NCBI RefSeq assembly: GCF_018350175.1
Contig: NC_058373.1
Span: forward strand, 115,570,001-115,634,000
DNA from: Felis catus
Taxonomy: Eukaryota
Reading direction: 5' to 3'
Length of the DNA: 64,000 nt
A program made the position numbers and the translations under genes. Positions within the stretch are counted from its first letter, which is position 1, and each line of letters starts with the position of its first letter. Positions 51,731-64,000 of this stretch are shown one piece after another. The notes beneath the pieces were generated by a model that was given only the letters and a program-made list of their open reading frames with translations, was not told the origin of the DNA and ran no database searches.

Positions 51731-53430
51731 TAGTGCTAACAAGTTACGGGACCTTCCAAACAGTATGTAGCTAACGATTGACAATACAGAGGCGGGATCC
51801 CTCCGGCTCTAGAGCTCAGTCAGCTCCAATACATGGTAGCAGAAACAGGACTCCAAGCAGCAGTTCATAAACACAGCACTTGTTTGTTTCAACCTGTGGA
51901 GCCCTTCCCTAGGACAAGATGTCATGGGGCCCGCTTCTAACCACTTGTATTGTCAACAGGACAAGCTCTCCCCAGATCTAGTGGGAGGAATGGTAAGGCT
52001 TTGGATGTGACACCCAAGGAAATAGTCCCAACTTTCAACTGATCAGAAATCAATTCATGCCCCACCAAAACCTAAGTGCTATAATACAGGAATATTACAA
52101 TCCCAGAGGGCTATCTCTGATATCCTCCGCTAACATTCCCAGAGACTCAGTCCCTTTCTGAGATCTGTTCTCTCTCTTTCTCCCTGGCTGACCTCTTTCA
52201 TCTTGTAAGCCACTCTCTCTGAAAAGGTGCTCACCTAGCTGCCACCCCTGGGATCTATAGATCTAGCCCAAGGGTCCCAGTGGCCTCTCTCTCAACAATG
52301 ACAAGAGTCCTGCCATAGAACCCAGCTCCACAGAGCCCAGCCCAGCACCTAATGGCCAATGCAGTCCCACGTGAGCCAGAGCGAAAAACTGGAAGGGCCA
52401 GTCACTCGAGTTGGACTGAGTCAGAAACCCTACTCAAGAAACAACAGGTCTGATGTACAGGGTGACTTTTTAACTGATTGACCTTACTGCTATGAGCAGA
52501 CAGGCTTCCAATCTCTCCTGGACAATCAGCCAGGGCTTTCTTGAGAGATGCTGTACCCTATTCTTGCAGAATCCGGAAAAAGAGCTAGAAACCTTCAGAA
52601 ACTCTGGCTGACTGTGATCATCCGGATTCACATAAAAGTCAGGTGGGATAGATAAGCGTGGCAATGCAGACGATCATCAGTTTATCTGAAAGAGTCTTCA
52701 TTTGAGTACAGGGCTCCCCAAAATATGATTTAGCTTCCATCAGCTGTTCACAAATGTGTGTAAAATAAGGCATTTGGGTAATTTTTTTTGCTAGAATTAG
52801 TGTAAAGCCACATTCTTAGATCCAACTAATCTTGCATAGGCTGGTTGATTTTTCTCAAAGACAAACAGGAATGATCTTCTCTTGGGAATCACACTTAAGT
52901 CCAGTATTGACTTCCAATGATTGAATGGATAGAAATCTACTCATTTCTGAGTGCAACCTACTCTCCAAAAACCACCACTCAAAAGCAGTTAGCTAAATGT
53001 TACCATTTCAGTGGAGGATTCTCTTGTTCTTTCTCTAATTTGACGTTTTTTCCCCCATCTAGTCTAGAGGGTAAGACTCTGTCTGATGCACTGATTTGGA
53101 TTAAATGTATCCTAGATTCTTCTGCTACAAAAAAAGAAGTCACAATTCTAGAATTATCCCTCAGTGGATGCAAAATTAACTCATTGCCTTTGCCTCACCA
53201 ACAAAGTTTTGGTCTGGGGCCTGCACTCGTTTTATGATTCACCACCGAGCACAGCCATGTGTGACACTCTAGCGTTTTCCCGAAGTGGTAGCATAGAGTC
53301 TTAAGCCCGGGTGTGCTTGGTTCCAGAGCCTTGGCACAGAACTCTCTCCATCTCCTACTGCAAAAAAACCTGTCCACCCACGAAGGGATGGGTCTAAAAG
53401 CACTTTGGAGTGGGGACAGGTAATCTGGAG

Positions 53431-53610
53431 CAGCAGTTCTCAACCCCAGCTATATATTAGAACCCTCTGGGACGCTTTTAAAATATACTGATGCCCAAAC
53501 GCCACCTCAGCCCAATGAAATCAGAATTTCTGGAGGTAGGACCCAGCTCTCGGTATTTTTTTTTAAGCTCCCTGGGTAATTCTACTGAGGAGCCAGGCTT
53601 AGATCCACTC
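53431..53610. mobile_element. MER5A-like hAT MITE
   Basis: cagcagttctcaacc start; aatcagaatttctggag; ttttaagctccctgggtaattct. Confidence 0.8.
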
Positions 53611-56154
53611 ACCCACAGGAAAGGACTGAGTTCATGCCTAGGAAAGTGTTTTGATTCTAGACCCCAGAGCTGATCTGAATTCTAACAGCAGCAGTAACTT
53701 GGTGGTTTTGCTGCTGCTATTCTAGAATCCCACACCTCTCTCTACCCCCAGAGAGCCAGCAGCCCTACCTATGCCCTTCTGAGTGCTGAAATGTAACATG
53801 GTTGTTAGCTGTACACACATTTCATGGCACCCAGGTGCTTACTTATCCTCTGTGAATTCTTCCCCCCACCCGTGCCCCTCTCCCTGTCCCTCGCCCATGG
53901 TTGGCCATTACCTCTTGGAAGTTCCCACGACACCATGATCACCCACCCCGTACAGGACTCATCTCACTGTTCTGTCAATATCTGTAAGTCCACCCTCCAC
54001 CAGACTGGGAACCACACGGGGACTGAGGCTGGGTCTGGACTCTCCCTGTATCCCTGCTGTGTGACGGAGCATGGACGATGGACTCGAACGAGGCTGGTTG
54101 AAAGAATACATTCAGACCTGATACCGGAAAAATCTGTAGAGAAATCTGTCTCTTTCTGGTGCCACAGCCTCTCCTTCCATTCACCTCCATTTGATACTAA
54201 GACTTTTTAGAGGAAGCAAAAAACAAAAGTAACTCACCCTTCAAGATTTGGCTCCAAACCTACTTCTAAAAGGAAGTCTCTTGGATCGTCCCCAGCTCAT
54301 AATGATCTCTTTTAGTGAATTTTTATAGTCATTAGAGTCTGTATAATTCAGTTGTCAATTGCGTTCCTCTGTTACTGTCTTCAATGGTTGTGTTTTGTTT
54401 TGGTTTTTTTTAAAGCTCACAGGTTTGTATTTTACCTTCCTAAAAAGAGTGTAAATTCCGCGAATTTAGGGACTATCTCTAAAACGGTAAGCCATTTTGT
54501 TGGCTCACTTGTTTGATGTCTCCTGACAAACGGTCCGCTCTTTGAGGCCTGACACTCTCTGACATTACTCTTCGTGGGGGCGGGCCCTGGCAACGAGCTG
54601 GCACAGGTTAAGGGCTTAGCGGGACTTTGTTAAATGAAGACAATTGGTAACCCCTTTTAGCCCGATGCCCTGAACTCACTAAGGTTCCCACTAATCATAT
54701 TCGCTGACTGGGCACGAAGAGGAAAAGCATAATCCTTATTGTAAGACGTGGTTCGTGTGAGGCCTGGAAATTCTCCGATTAAATCCTGTTTCAACCTCTC
54801 GTTTGCTTTCGGTAAGTGCTTGATTACCTGGCTCCCAAACTGAATGAGAAGTATCAGGGAAGAATCCCTCATCTGCTTCCAAAGCCCTCGTGGATCAATT
54901 CTACACCAAGCCTCTAAAGCTTCAATTCGACTCCCTCTGGATTTCATACCTCCCCATTATTAAATTCAGCAAGTCGCTCCGGAGGAAAGCTTGAGATGCC
55001 AGCTGGGTTGCTTGGTGTCTGCACACCCACAGTTGCACCTACGTGTGATTTCTAAATATAGAATCAGGTCTGCTGTTTCATTTCTTAATGAAGGAAATGG
55101 ATACCCTGGTCCCCTCAGCAGAGACGGTGCTCCCCTCCATCAGCTGCAAAACACAGGGCTCTCCTCTGTTCTGCCAACTGACGATACAGAAGGGTTCCCC
55201 GCAGATGGCAGGCCTGGTACCCAAAAATAGCCACGTTGCCAAACAGATCATTGGTTTCTGTCTTCCTTAGGTTTAGTAAAAGGGGTGGGGGAAGGAGAAC
55301 AGAAGAAGGCCAAAAGGAACAAATGAGCTCACCTGCCCCAGAAAACCTCTGCACCACCCTGAATCCCCAGACCCATTTTTGGCCCCACAACGGTTGCTGC
55401 CCAGCTCATGCAGCTGTGGCTACTGGCTTCGAATGAGCCACAGTTAGGGTAGCGAGAAGGGAAGGGTTCCAATGTCACCAATGAAGAGGTGCAGAGACAG
55501 GCACTCAGCAAAGCTGGTTTCAAAGCTGATGAGTATAAGGAAGGAAGGCAGAACCGAAAGACAGTATGTCCCAAGGATCCAAACTACAGGCTCAGTGTAA
55601 GATGTCCACTGGCACGCTATGCAGGTGTCTCAAAGCCACCACCAGTCGGGGATGCTCGCAATCCTTCACCACGTGCAAAAGAAAGAGAGACAAGGCATTT
55701 TGCTTGGCCAACCCACACCCAGCCCTAGCCACTTGGGCTTCGGCTCTTCAACCTTCTTGGAAATGTAACGGCCACTGTGGGTGCTGCCCCACCCTGGGCA
55801 GTGCAAGATCTGTAGCACCCAGAGTGCCGTGTCCAGGAAATCCAAGCCAAAGCTCCTTTGGCAGGAATCTGGGTCTGCAGCAAAGCCTAGGGGCTAGTCC
55901 TTGTCTTCAAAAGGCCACCCAATCACATTTCGCCTCTTACTACCCAGCGACAGGCAAATGGGTTTTTTTAAATCAGCAGTGACTCAGTTTCCCTCTTTTA
56001 ATGGTACCTGAGAAAAGCTGTGAAAGGTATTAAGGGGATGAATGCTCTCCAAAGAGGCCCAGCAAGGCAAGAGGGGGAAGGGCGCTTGCTTCTGGCCTTG
56101 GCTCCCACGCCTCCATCTAGCCATGAAAAAAACCACACACCTGTTACACATTAA

Positions 56155-56336
56155 AGAAGGTGTCCGTAAACAGAAACGCACTTAAAATCAAGTTCCACCA
56201 GCTAATGAAAATGTTGTTATCAGAGAAAGGCTCACAGGAACGAACTGTATTTGGAGCGATGCTTTAGTGTTCGCTAATTCAGTGTGTGCGACGACTTTAT
56301 GGAATATAACTCCTACAAATCACGAGAGTCAGCTAT
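56155..56336 (-). mobile_element. TcMar-Tigger MITE end, MER82-like
   Basis: ttcgctaattcagtgtgtgcgacgactttatggaatataact matches the recalled reverse complement of the MER82 end. Confidence 0.7.
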
Positions 56337-56659
56337 ACTTTCTGGCACAATCTTGGCTACTCAAAATGGTTTTCTACAGTATTTCAAATCACAGAGACAC
56401 CAGGACAGATGAACAACAAAAGGAAGGAAATCATGTGCTTGTGTCTACTGCCTGCCACTTTTTACAACATAATATACGTCGCTTAGTCCTTGTAATAACT
56501 CCATATGGCTGGCTTTGTCATCCTTTTTATCCAGGTAAGGAAACCGAATCTTAGAGAAGTTAGGCAATTTACCTAAGGTCATGTAGCATGGCAGGCAGAA
56601 TCCTAAAGTGGCCCTAAGATACTTTCTGCTCCCTCCGCACATGCCCTGTAGAATCCCCC

Positions 56660-57052
56660 AAGTGTGAGTGGGTTCTGTGAACATGGTAAAGGTTTTGGTA
56701 CAGGTGAAGGCATTCTGCAGATATAATTAGGGTCCCTAATCAGTTAACTTTTAAACCTTGATTTTAAGGGAAATGATCCAGGGTGGGCCTGGCCTGATCA
56801 GGAGAGCCCTTTAAAAGAGCTGAGAGTCTCTTTGTAGCTGGCCTTGAAGAAGCAAGCCATGCAAGGAAATTAATTCCGCCAATAACCACTTGAATTGGAA
56901 AAGGATCCAAGCCTCAGGTAAGACAGAAGCCCCAGCCAACACCCTGACTTCAACTCAGCTGTGTCTAGATTTTTGACCCACGGAAATTGAGAGATAATAC
57001 ATCAGTGTTGTTTGTGGTAATTACTTATGCAGCAATAGAAAGCTTATATACA
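56660..57052 (+). mobile_element. MaLR LTR (MLT1E-like)
   Basis: gcagatataattagggtccctaatcagtt…tgtggtaattacttatgcagcaatagaaa. Confidence 0.75.
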
Positions 57053-58869
57053 CAGCTAAGGAGCTGCAGAGTCAGGGTTCAAACACAGGTCCACTTGTCT
57101 CCAAAGCTTGTCCTTCATATTATGTGAGACCACATCTGGTTTGGTTTTTGTTTGTTGGCTTCCTTGCTTGGTTGGCATGGAGGAAGGTCTTAGCAGAAGG
57201 AGATATGAAAGACATTCAGACACCACGGCTAAGGTCTAAGCCCCAACACAAAGGACTTGAATGATGGCAGTAACAGTGACCATTTAAAAAGTGGGGAGCC
57301 TCCAAGTGTTGGGAGATGAAGGATGGGAATGGACAAGCATTTTATCTCCTCTTGCCCAGGAAATAGCTTGTGGGAATTTAGAGGCAGCAATGTTCATACA
57401 GAGACAAGCTGATCCCAAGTGTTGGATGAGCCACATGAAATTGCCAACGTGATTGTTTTTGACATACACAAATGCAATTACATATGCTTCAACAAGTACA
57501 TGCAAGGACAAGATTTAACCAGCAGTTAGGAAGTGCCAGGTCAGAGACCAGACGCTGGGAAGAAACCAAGAGCTCCGCAGGGAAGGTCTTCTTGAGTGGG
57601 AAGACAGATGAACGGGGATATGTCAGGGCAAGGGTTCAGAGCCAAGAGGAGCAATGTCAGTGATCACATTCATGCCCCAACCATGGGGAGTTTTAATTGA
57701 AGACTCTGCACAACTGTGGAAAGGATGAACACCTATAAAACCCAAGCTTAATCTTCGAATATCTGACTTCAATTTAGTAGTATCCTGTGCAGGAATGAGG
57801 AAGCACAGGCAGAGTGTTCATGGCTGGGATGGGGTTATACCAATATGGAATTAATACAAGGGTCATAAAGAATACATCCCACACACCTAGTGTAATAGTT
57901 GGCATGTGGTAAGTACTAAATAAATGGCAATCTTATTATCTGGCACTTATTTGGTGACAGAAAATTGCCTTGCCACATAAGACGAAAGCAAGGGTGAGTC
58001 ATTTCCAAATACAAGGATAAAAAGAAGACGTATGAGGCCCTCACAGAGAAAGCCAGAATCAGGCTGGAAAATATTTAATTGGTCAGTGAACTTCCTCTTT
58101 TGCGTGGCACGGGAGAAGGGCAGCACCCTGGACAGCACTACAGGAGTCATGGCGCTCTTACTCCAGATCACCTGTCCATCAAGAGCAGGGTTCTCCATCT
58201 GAAGGAGTCCAGGACCCACAGGAGTGTGGTTTTCATCACAGGAGCCCATAGACGGGACTCCACTCTGGAACAGTAAGTGTTCTGTTTAAGCCTCCTGATC
58301 AGCAATAGGATCTGGGTGGATAGTGTAGCATGAGGCCAGGGGGAGCAAGTCAAGTGAGAGAGGCCTCAACACTGCCTACATGCCAAGGACCCTCAGGAGC
58401 CTGCACTATAATTATTGTAGTTGTCCCAGCCCCAGAATCCCACCGGCAAGTAATTTCACATGTAGTTATGCTTTCGGCCCTTCCTCTCCTTTTATTCTCC
58501 ACCTTTCTCCACGTTCCTTCTTTCCTTCCCTCCATCTCCCAAACAAATCCCATAAAGTCCACCTCAGGATGCAGAGGAATCAACCCCAAGGTCACCTCTC
58601 ACCCCGGCCCGAGGCTGCTCTCCAAAGAGAGAGCAGCCTGTCATGTTCCTTGACATCGTCAGAGAAATCCCAGATGATGATATTTCCCTCCACCTTCCTC
58701 CACACAAGACTCTTTGACTTTCTATCTTTAGATCAACTGTCTCTTCCTAAAAGCTCACCTTGGGCTCAGAGTGAGAATATAATTACTAATAGGAGAACCT
58801 GAGCAAAACGCTGGTCCACATAGGTCAGAATGGCTGTGATATGGCCAAGGTTCTATTCATTAATTACTT

Positions 58870-59110
58870 AACTGATAACTAGCACAATATGCCTGATGAG
58901 TGATTTAGACTAGGCACCGTGTTAAATGTTTGACAGTCGTTTCTAATCCTCATGTCAACCCTACGAGGGAGGTACTATTATTATCCACATTGCATAGATG
59001 AGAAAAGTGAAAGGTTAGGTAACCTGCCCCAGCTCCCATCACCAGGAGGTAGCCGTGCTGGGACTCCAACTTGGTCTGTGTGACACCTGGTCTATGCACT
59101 TAATCACCCT
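58870..59110 (-). mobile_element. MIR relic
   Basis: aatcctcatgtcaaccctacgagggaggtactattattatcc. Confidence 0.7.
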
Positions 59111-59954
59111 GCCCTATTACCCTCCTATGTGTATACAGGCTTCTACCCACACTGTTGCTCTTACCTGTCACTGGCAATCTCACTGGTGATAAAGCAAAGT
59201 CCTGTCTTCCAACTCCCTGATGCTCATCCTGTGCCCCCTACTCACCTGAGTGCCACCCTCCTTACATGACAGTCATGGCTCTCTTGATGTTAGGCTGTCC
59301 TGCCCCAGCCAGGCCTGCCTCATTTGAAGAAGGAACAAGGTAACATGTCCGCATTTCAGGACAAGCAGGTGACACACCTACATCTCAGGGCCAGCCGCAA
59401 GGCACCAGGGGACACCAAAGGGAGAGAGGATCGGGAGAATAGGTCCTTCTGTTGCCTCCCAGTCACAAGATGCGAGAGTCTTGACCACATGGGGGGGGGG
59501 GCATTGTTGTCAGTGGCCCAGAGTTTAGCCATTGGAAGGGTGGGGAGGGAGAAACGAGCATGCAGTTCATAGAGCATCACCTAGGGCCTCTGGGCAGTTA
59601 TTTAAGAACTACCAATGGACCAGGACCAAGGAGACCAGAAGACAAAAGAGGAGGCCATTATAATAGCTGTAATAAAGTAACTAATCTGACTGGGGTAAAT
59701 GGCTTAAAGGAAGTGGCCTTTATTCCCCTGGTTCCTCATATAATTTACAAGCAGGAATCCAAATTATATGGACACTTATAGTCCATATATAAGCTGTTAA
59801 ATGAGGTCTGGCCTCCTTTGCCCTGGGAGCTGTGGGTCAGCGGCGTAAGGACAGTTCACCCCACCGGCACTGCTCTCCCCTGCACCTGTCCCTCGGCTAT
59901 GAGCGCGAGGTCCCTCACTCCCTGAAGTGTAGAGTATGCATTACGCGGGGCTTG

Positions 59955-60262
59955 GGTATCAGCTTCCTGCAGCTGCTATAACAAACCTGGCAGCCTCAAA
60001 CAAGAGAATCGTTTTCTCTCGTGGGTCTGAAAGCTACAGGTCTGAAATCAAGGTGTTGGTAGGGTTGATGCCTTCCTCAGCGGTTCTGAGGGAGAATCGA
60101 TTCCATGCTTCTCTCCTAGCTTCTGGTGTTGGCTGACAACGCTTGGCACCCCCTGGCTTGTAGCTGCATCCCTCTGCATCTTTGTCCTCTGTTGTCACAC
60201 GGACTTCTTCCCCGTCTACCTTCACATGGCCTCCTTAAAAGGATGCCAGTTGTAGGATCTAG
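59955..60262 (-). mobile_element. MaLR LTR (MLT1-like), partial
   Basis: gctgctataacaaac…gtctgaaatcaaggtgttggtagggttg. Confidence 0.8.
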
Positions 60263-61325
60263 GTTCTGGGTAGACCTGAATTTCAGTGGGTCGGCGGCGG
60301 GGGACTCTCTTCAACCCAGTACGTGTTGCCAATGACGTTTTTGGCAGATCCCACATAACAGCAAGGAAGGGATGTGGGTTCCTCAAGAGGAGGGCTCAAG
60401 ATGCAGGTGGGGAGGTAGAAGGAGGAGGCCACCTTGAGCAGTCAATGTCCACGCCACCCTGAGGCACCGCCCCACTTAAAACATTTCACAGAAATCGAGC
60501 CCAAAGGAGCAAAGAAAGTCATGCACAGAACTAAGGCAACTCCCCCCACAGCTCGAAACAGCAGGCGTCCTCCCCCACAACGGGCAACATTTGAATCATC
60601 CAGGTAAAATGCCAGGTAACTCAACCCATCTAACCTCCCCTCCCCACAAGCTACCATGGAAAACAGGCAAATGCCTTCAGTCTCCTTTCCTCTCCCTTCT
60701 AACCCCCAGGAGGGCTGGAGGACCCCAAGGGGCTCTGACCATGAAAGGAGAACGGGGCCCCCGGCCTCCCACTCAGCTAAGAACAATCCTGGGCAGGGGG
60801 GTTTGTGGCAAATCACAGAGCAGAACAGGATCGACCCCCAGGTTCCCTCCTTTCTGCTGGTGCGGACTCTGCAGAACTGCATCCAATCTGGGCTAAGCAG
60901 ATTAGTTCCCTCCCAGTGAAAAGTTCTGGGCAGCTGAGCAGGGCAGCTCCCTGCACAGTGGCAGGGGGCTGTCATTACAAGGCCCAGATAGGACATAATT
61001 ACATGCTCCCCGGAGGGAGCTCCTAATCGAATTACAGGGTGTCTCCTGAGCAGGAAAGGCAGCCCGTGCTCAGAGGTGGCCGAGCAGTCCAGGAACAGAC
61101 CCTCCGAGGAGCTGGTGCCAGGCGGGGGTTGGGCCGTGGAGAAGTTCAGGCACGCGCAGGCCCAGAGGGCTCCATGGATCTCGCCGAAACTGGGAGAGGA
61201 GAGGAAGTATGCGTGGAGAGCAGGGGACCCCTGGTCTTCATGCCTTAGAAGTGAGTTCCAGTCCCATGTCCCCCTGGGCTTGCTGCAACCTGGAAGTGGT
61301 ACAGAGCCAGAGGAGATGCCAGGAA

Positions 61326-61371
61326 TTCATTCTGTTCGTTCGTTCGTTCATTCATTCATTCATTCATTCAA
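61326..61371. repeat. (TTCG)n(TTCA)n, probably an L2 tail
   Basis: Seen directly. Confidence 0.85.
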
Positions 61372-61537
61372 CGGACATTTTTTGGTGTCTCTATGATATG
61401 TGACAGGCATGGGGAAGAACTGGCTGCTGTTCTGGTCTGAGGACATGGCCTGGCTGGATACCATTTACTCCAGAGGCCAACCTGTACTTATACCTGTGTG
61501 TGCCCCACAAGCCAAGCCAATTAGCCAATCTTCTTCA

Positions 61538-61756
61538 TTTTATTTTATTTTTTATTTTGAGAGAGAGAGAGAAAGAGAGAGGGGGGGAGAGAATGAGTGG
61601 GGGAGGGGCAGAGAGAGAGGGAGAGATAGAATCCCAAGCAGGCTCCATGCTGTCAACACAGAGCCCGACGTGTTGGGGGATCTCACGAACCGTGAGATCA
61701 TGACCTGAGCGGAGATCATGACCTGAGCGGAGATCAGGAGTCGGGTAATTAACCGC
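61538..61756 (-). mobile_element. CanSINE with an internal 18-bp tandem duplication; 5' end degraded
   Basis: gagatcatgacctgagcg twice at 61694-61729. Confidence 0.9.
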
Positions 61757-61927
61757 GCTCCAGCCATTCTTCCTAACCAGTCTTCCTGGGGCGACTGCAG
61801 GAGGAGGTCACCTCTAACGCCTCCAAACTGAATCCCAACAAAGGCCGGTGGCAATGCCTCTGTGAGGCCACAGCCTGAGGAGGACCCCTCTTCTATAGAA
61901 ACTCTAAACTGGATGTGAACTGATTAG

Positions 61928-62199
61928 TTTTTATTTCAATTCTAGCTCGTTAACATCCAGTGTTCTATTAGTTTCAGGTGTACAATCGAGCGATCCAACA
62001 CTTGCATACATCACCCAGTGCTCATGACAAGAGCACTCCTTCATCTCTATCCCCTATTCCCGCCCCCCCCCCCCCGCCCACCTCCCCTCTGGCGGCCATC
62101 AGTTTGGGCTCTATAGTTAGGAGTCTGTTTCTTGGTTTGTGTCTCTCTTTCTCTTTTTTTCCCTTTGCTCGTTTGTTTTGTCTCTTAAAGCTCCACATA
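61928..62199 (-). mobile_element. Carnivore L1 3'UTR fragment
   Basis: ttagtttcaggtgtacaa…catcacccagtgctcat…ctccacata is typical of carnivore L1 3' ends. Confidence 0.8.
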
Positions 62200-62924
62200 C
62201 GCAACTCCTTCAACACGCTTCAAATCCTGCCAGACTGGGAACTCCCTGAGGACAGGGATTGGGTCTCTTCTCACTGTGTCAACTCACAGTGTGAGCTCAC
62301 CAATGTCTGCTGGCTGTACCCTGAGAGCTGGACACCGGCCTCCTGCTTCCACTCTCCTGTTGCTTCCAGCCTCACTGATTGAGCCTCTCATAGGCTCTTG
62401 GGGGGCTGCGGCGGAGCCCCTCCTGCTCTCTTTGATCATCCCTCCCTCTAACTCTTGGTCCTAAACGCCCTCAGACACCTGAGGCTGATAGGCACAGCCT
62501 CAGAGGAGGCACCCCCGGATCTGAACACGTGGTCCTGTGCCAGCCTTGCCCTGTTCCCCAGGCAGCAGGCCAAAGCATCATCTGTTGGTAGCTCCTGATG
62601 GTGCAGTGGCACAAATAAGAATCCTCTGTGCACCGGCCTGGGCACGGGTGGGGCTGAGCCAGCAGTCAAGGGTGACGAGTCCAGACTTCTGAGTTGGGCG
62701 TTAAGGAGTTTATTTGGCCCTGGCCAACTTCTCTGAGCCCAGCTGCCCCTGAATTAAAAGGAAAGCAGCCAACTCTTGCTGTTAAGGAAGAGATGGGGGG
62801 ATGCGCCCTTAGACTCTTCCATAGGAGGAGAAGAAAGCCCGCTTTCAGCTTCATCACCTTATTCTGATGCTAAAATGTGGGACATAGTAGAAAGAATATG
62901 TGATTTAGAAACAGAAGATCTAGG

Positions 62925-63154
62925 TTTTTAAAAAAAAATTGCTTTAATGTTTATTTTTGAGAGAGAGAGAGAGACTGAGACAGAGCACTAGCAGAGAAGG
63001 GGCAGAGAGAGAGGGGGAGACAAAGGATCCGAAGCAGGCTCCAGGCTCCGAGCTGTCAACACAGAGCCCAGCGTAGGGCTTGAACTCACGAACCATGAGA
63101 TCGTGGCCTGAGCTGAAGCTGGACGCTTAACCGACTGAGCCACCCCGGTGCCCC
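62925..63154 (-). mobile_element. CanSINE inserted in a MIR
   Basis: Reverse head gagccaccccggtgcccc; flanks share taggtttt. Confidence 0.93.
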
Positions 63155-64000
63155 GAGATGATGTAGGTTTTGATATGTCCTTAAATCCCTGTGTTCTAGG
63201 GCAAATTACTTCATGTTTCTTAGGACTCTGTTACCTAATCTGAAGAAAGTGATAACGTTAACCCTAAAGTATTACAAAATCCTTATTTTTTTTTTATATT
63301 TTCAAATAAATATTCCAAGTTGTATTGTGTAGGAAAAATAATAACAATAGTAGTCTTTTCCCCGCAGGTCTGAACGGTAAAGCCTCAGTAACCAATACTA
63401 TGCCTTATAGTCTGATATATTCTGATATATTTCTAGTACCTTGATCTTCCCATGAGGTCACCTGCATCAAAATAACTTTAAACAATTAGTGCCTAATATT
63501 TTTAGAGCATTTCACATCAGACAGTTACTTTGAAAGTCAGCCCTTGGCTATGTTCATTCTACTCACTCCCTGACCCCCAAACTAGAAAGTGTATTTTCTA
63601 CCAGCAGTCCACATGGGTTCATTAAAATGCCATTTCTCTTTGCTTTGGCTACAATCAAATTCACTCATTGTAGTAACGTGAGTTATCTTTTGCTATGTTT
63701 TAGGGGGGAAAAAAATGAAAATCTAATTAATTCTCAGTGAATCTTCTAAAACACGGGTTCTATGAGGAAGGACAGATCATTAAAATGGCCTGTGATGGGG
63801 AGCTGGCAGGGAACCACTGGTCTAGCTGATGAAACCCACTAGCTTAGCAGGGGTTCTGAAAGATCATGGTCTGACAAGTAAATTACCTGCTCCATGTGTC
63901 CAATGGGCATTTGTGGATCTATCCAGGGAACAGGACAAAGTTCTGCGTTGTGTAGGATGAAGAAGAGAGCGGTTCCTTGGGACTGGCCCCCTATCAGAGG

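Noticed and set aside
59765..59790. 9-bp hairpin tatatggac…gtccatata (a similar one at ~8434-8452)
   Set aside because: Short inverted repeats of this size are plausible by chance in 64 kb
60442..60996. 184-aa minus-strand ORF
   Set aside because: No domain or splice context; consistent with chance in GC-richer DNA

Overview
Mammalian genomic DNA from a carnivore, very probably a felid, judged by abundant tRNA-derived CanSINEs including young SINEC_Fc-type copies. I found no protein-coding exon, RNA gene or CRISPR array that I can support; the listed ORFs come from repeats, microsatellites or chance. The window is intergenic or deep-intronic. It holds about 24 CanSINEs (many with clear target-site duplications, TSDs), a ~6.4-kb old L1 that keeps its 5' end but lacks its 3' end and is interrupted by seven SINEs, an ERV1-type solo LTR, several MaLR (MLT1) LTRs, hAT and Tigger MITEs, many MIR and L2 relics, and microsatellites. 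Repeat-free islands carry motif clusters suggestive of enhancers or promoters. I cannot support a new biological system from sequence alone. The best leads are: an unexplained segment in place of the L1 3' end containing an exon-like 99-mer bracketed by inverted SINEs; a CanSINE with a tandemly amplified B-box region; a duplicated pyrimidine-tract module; and several candidate regulatory islands. Repeat family names are from recall and need RepeatMasker/Dfam confirmation.
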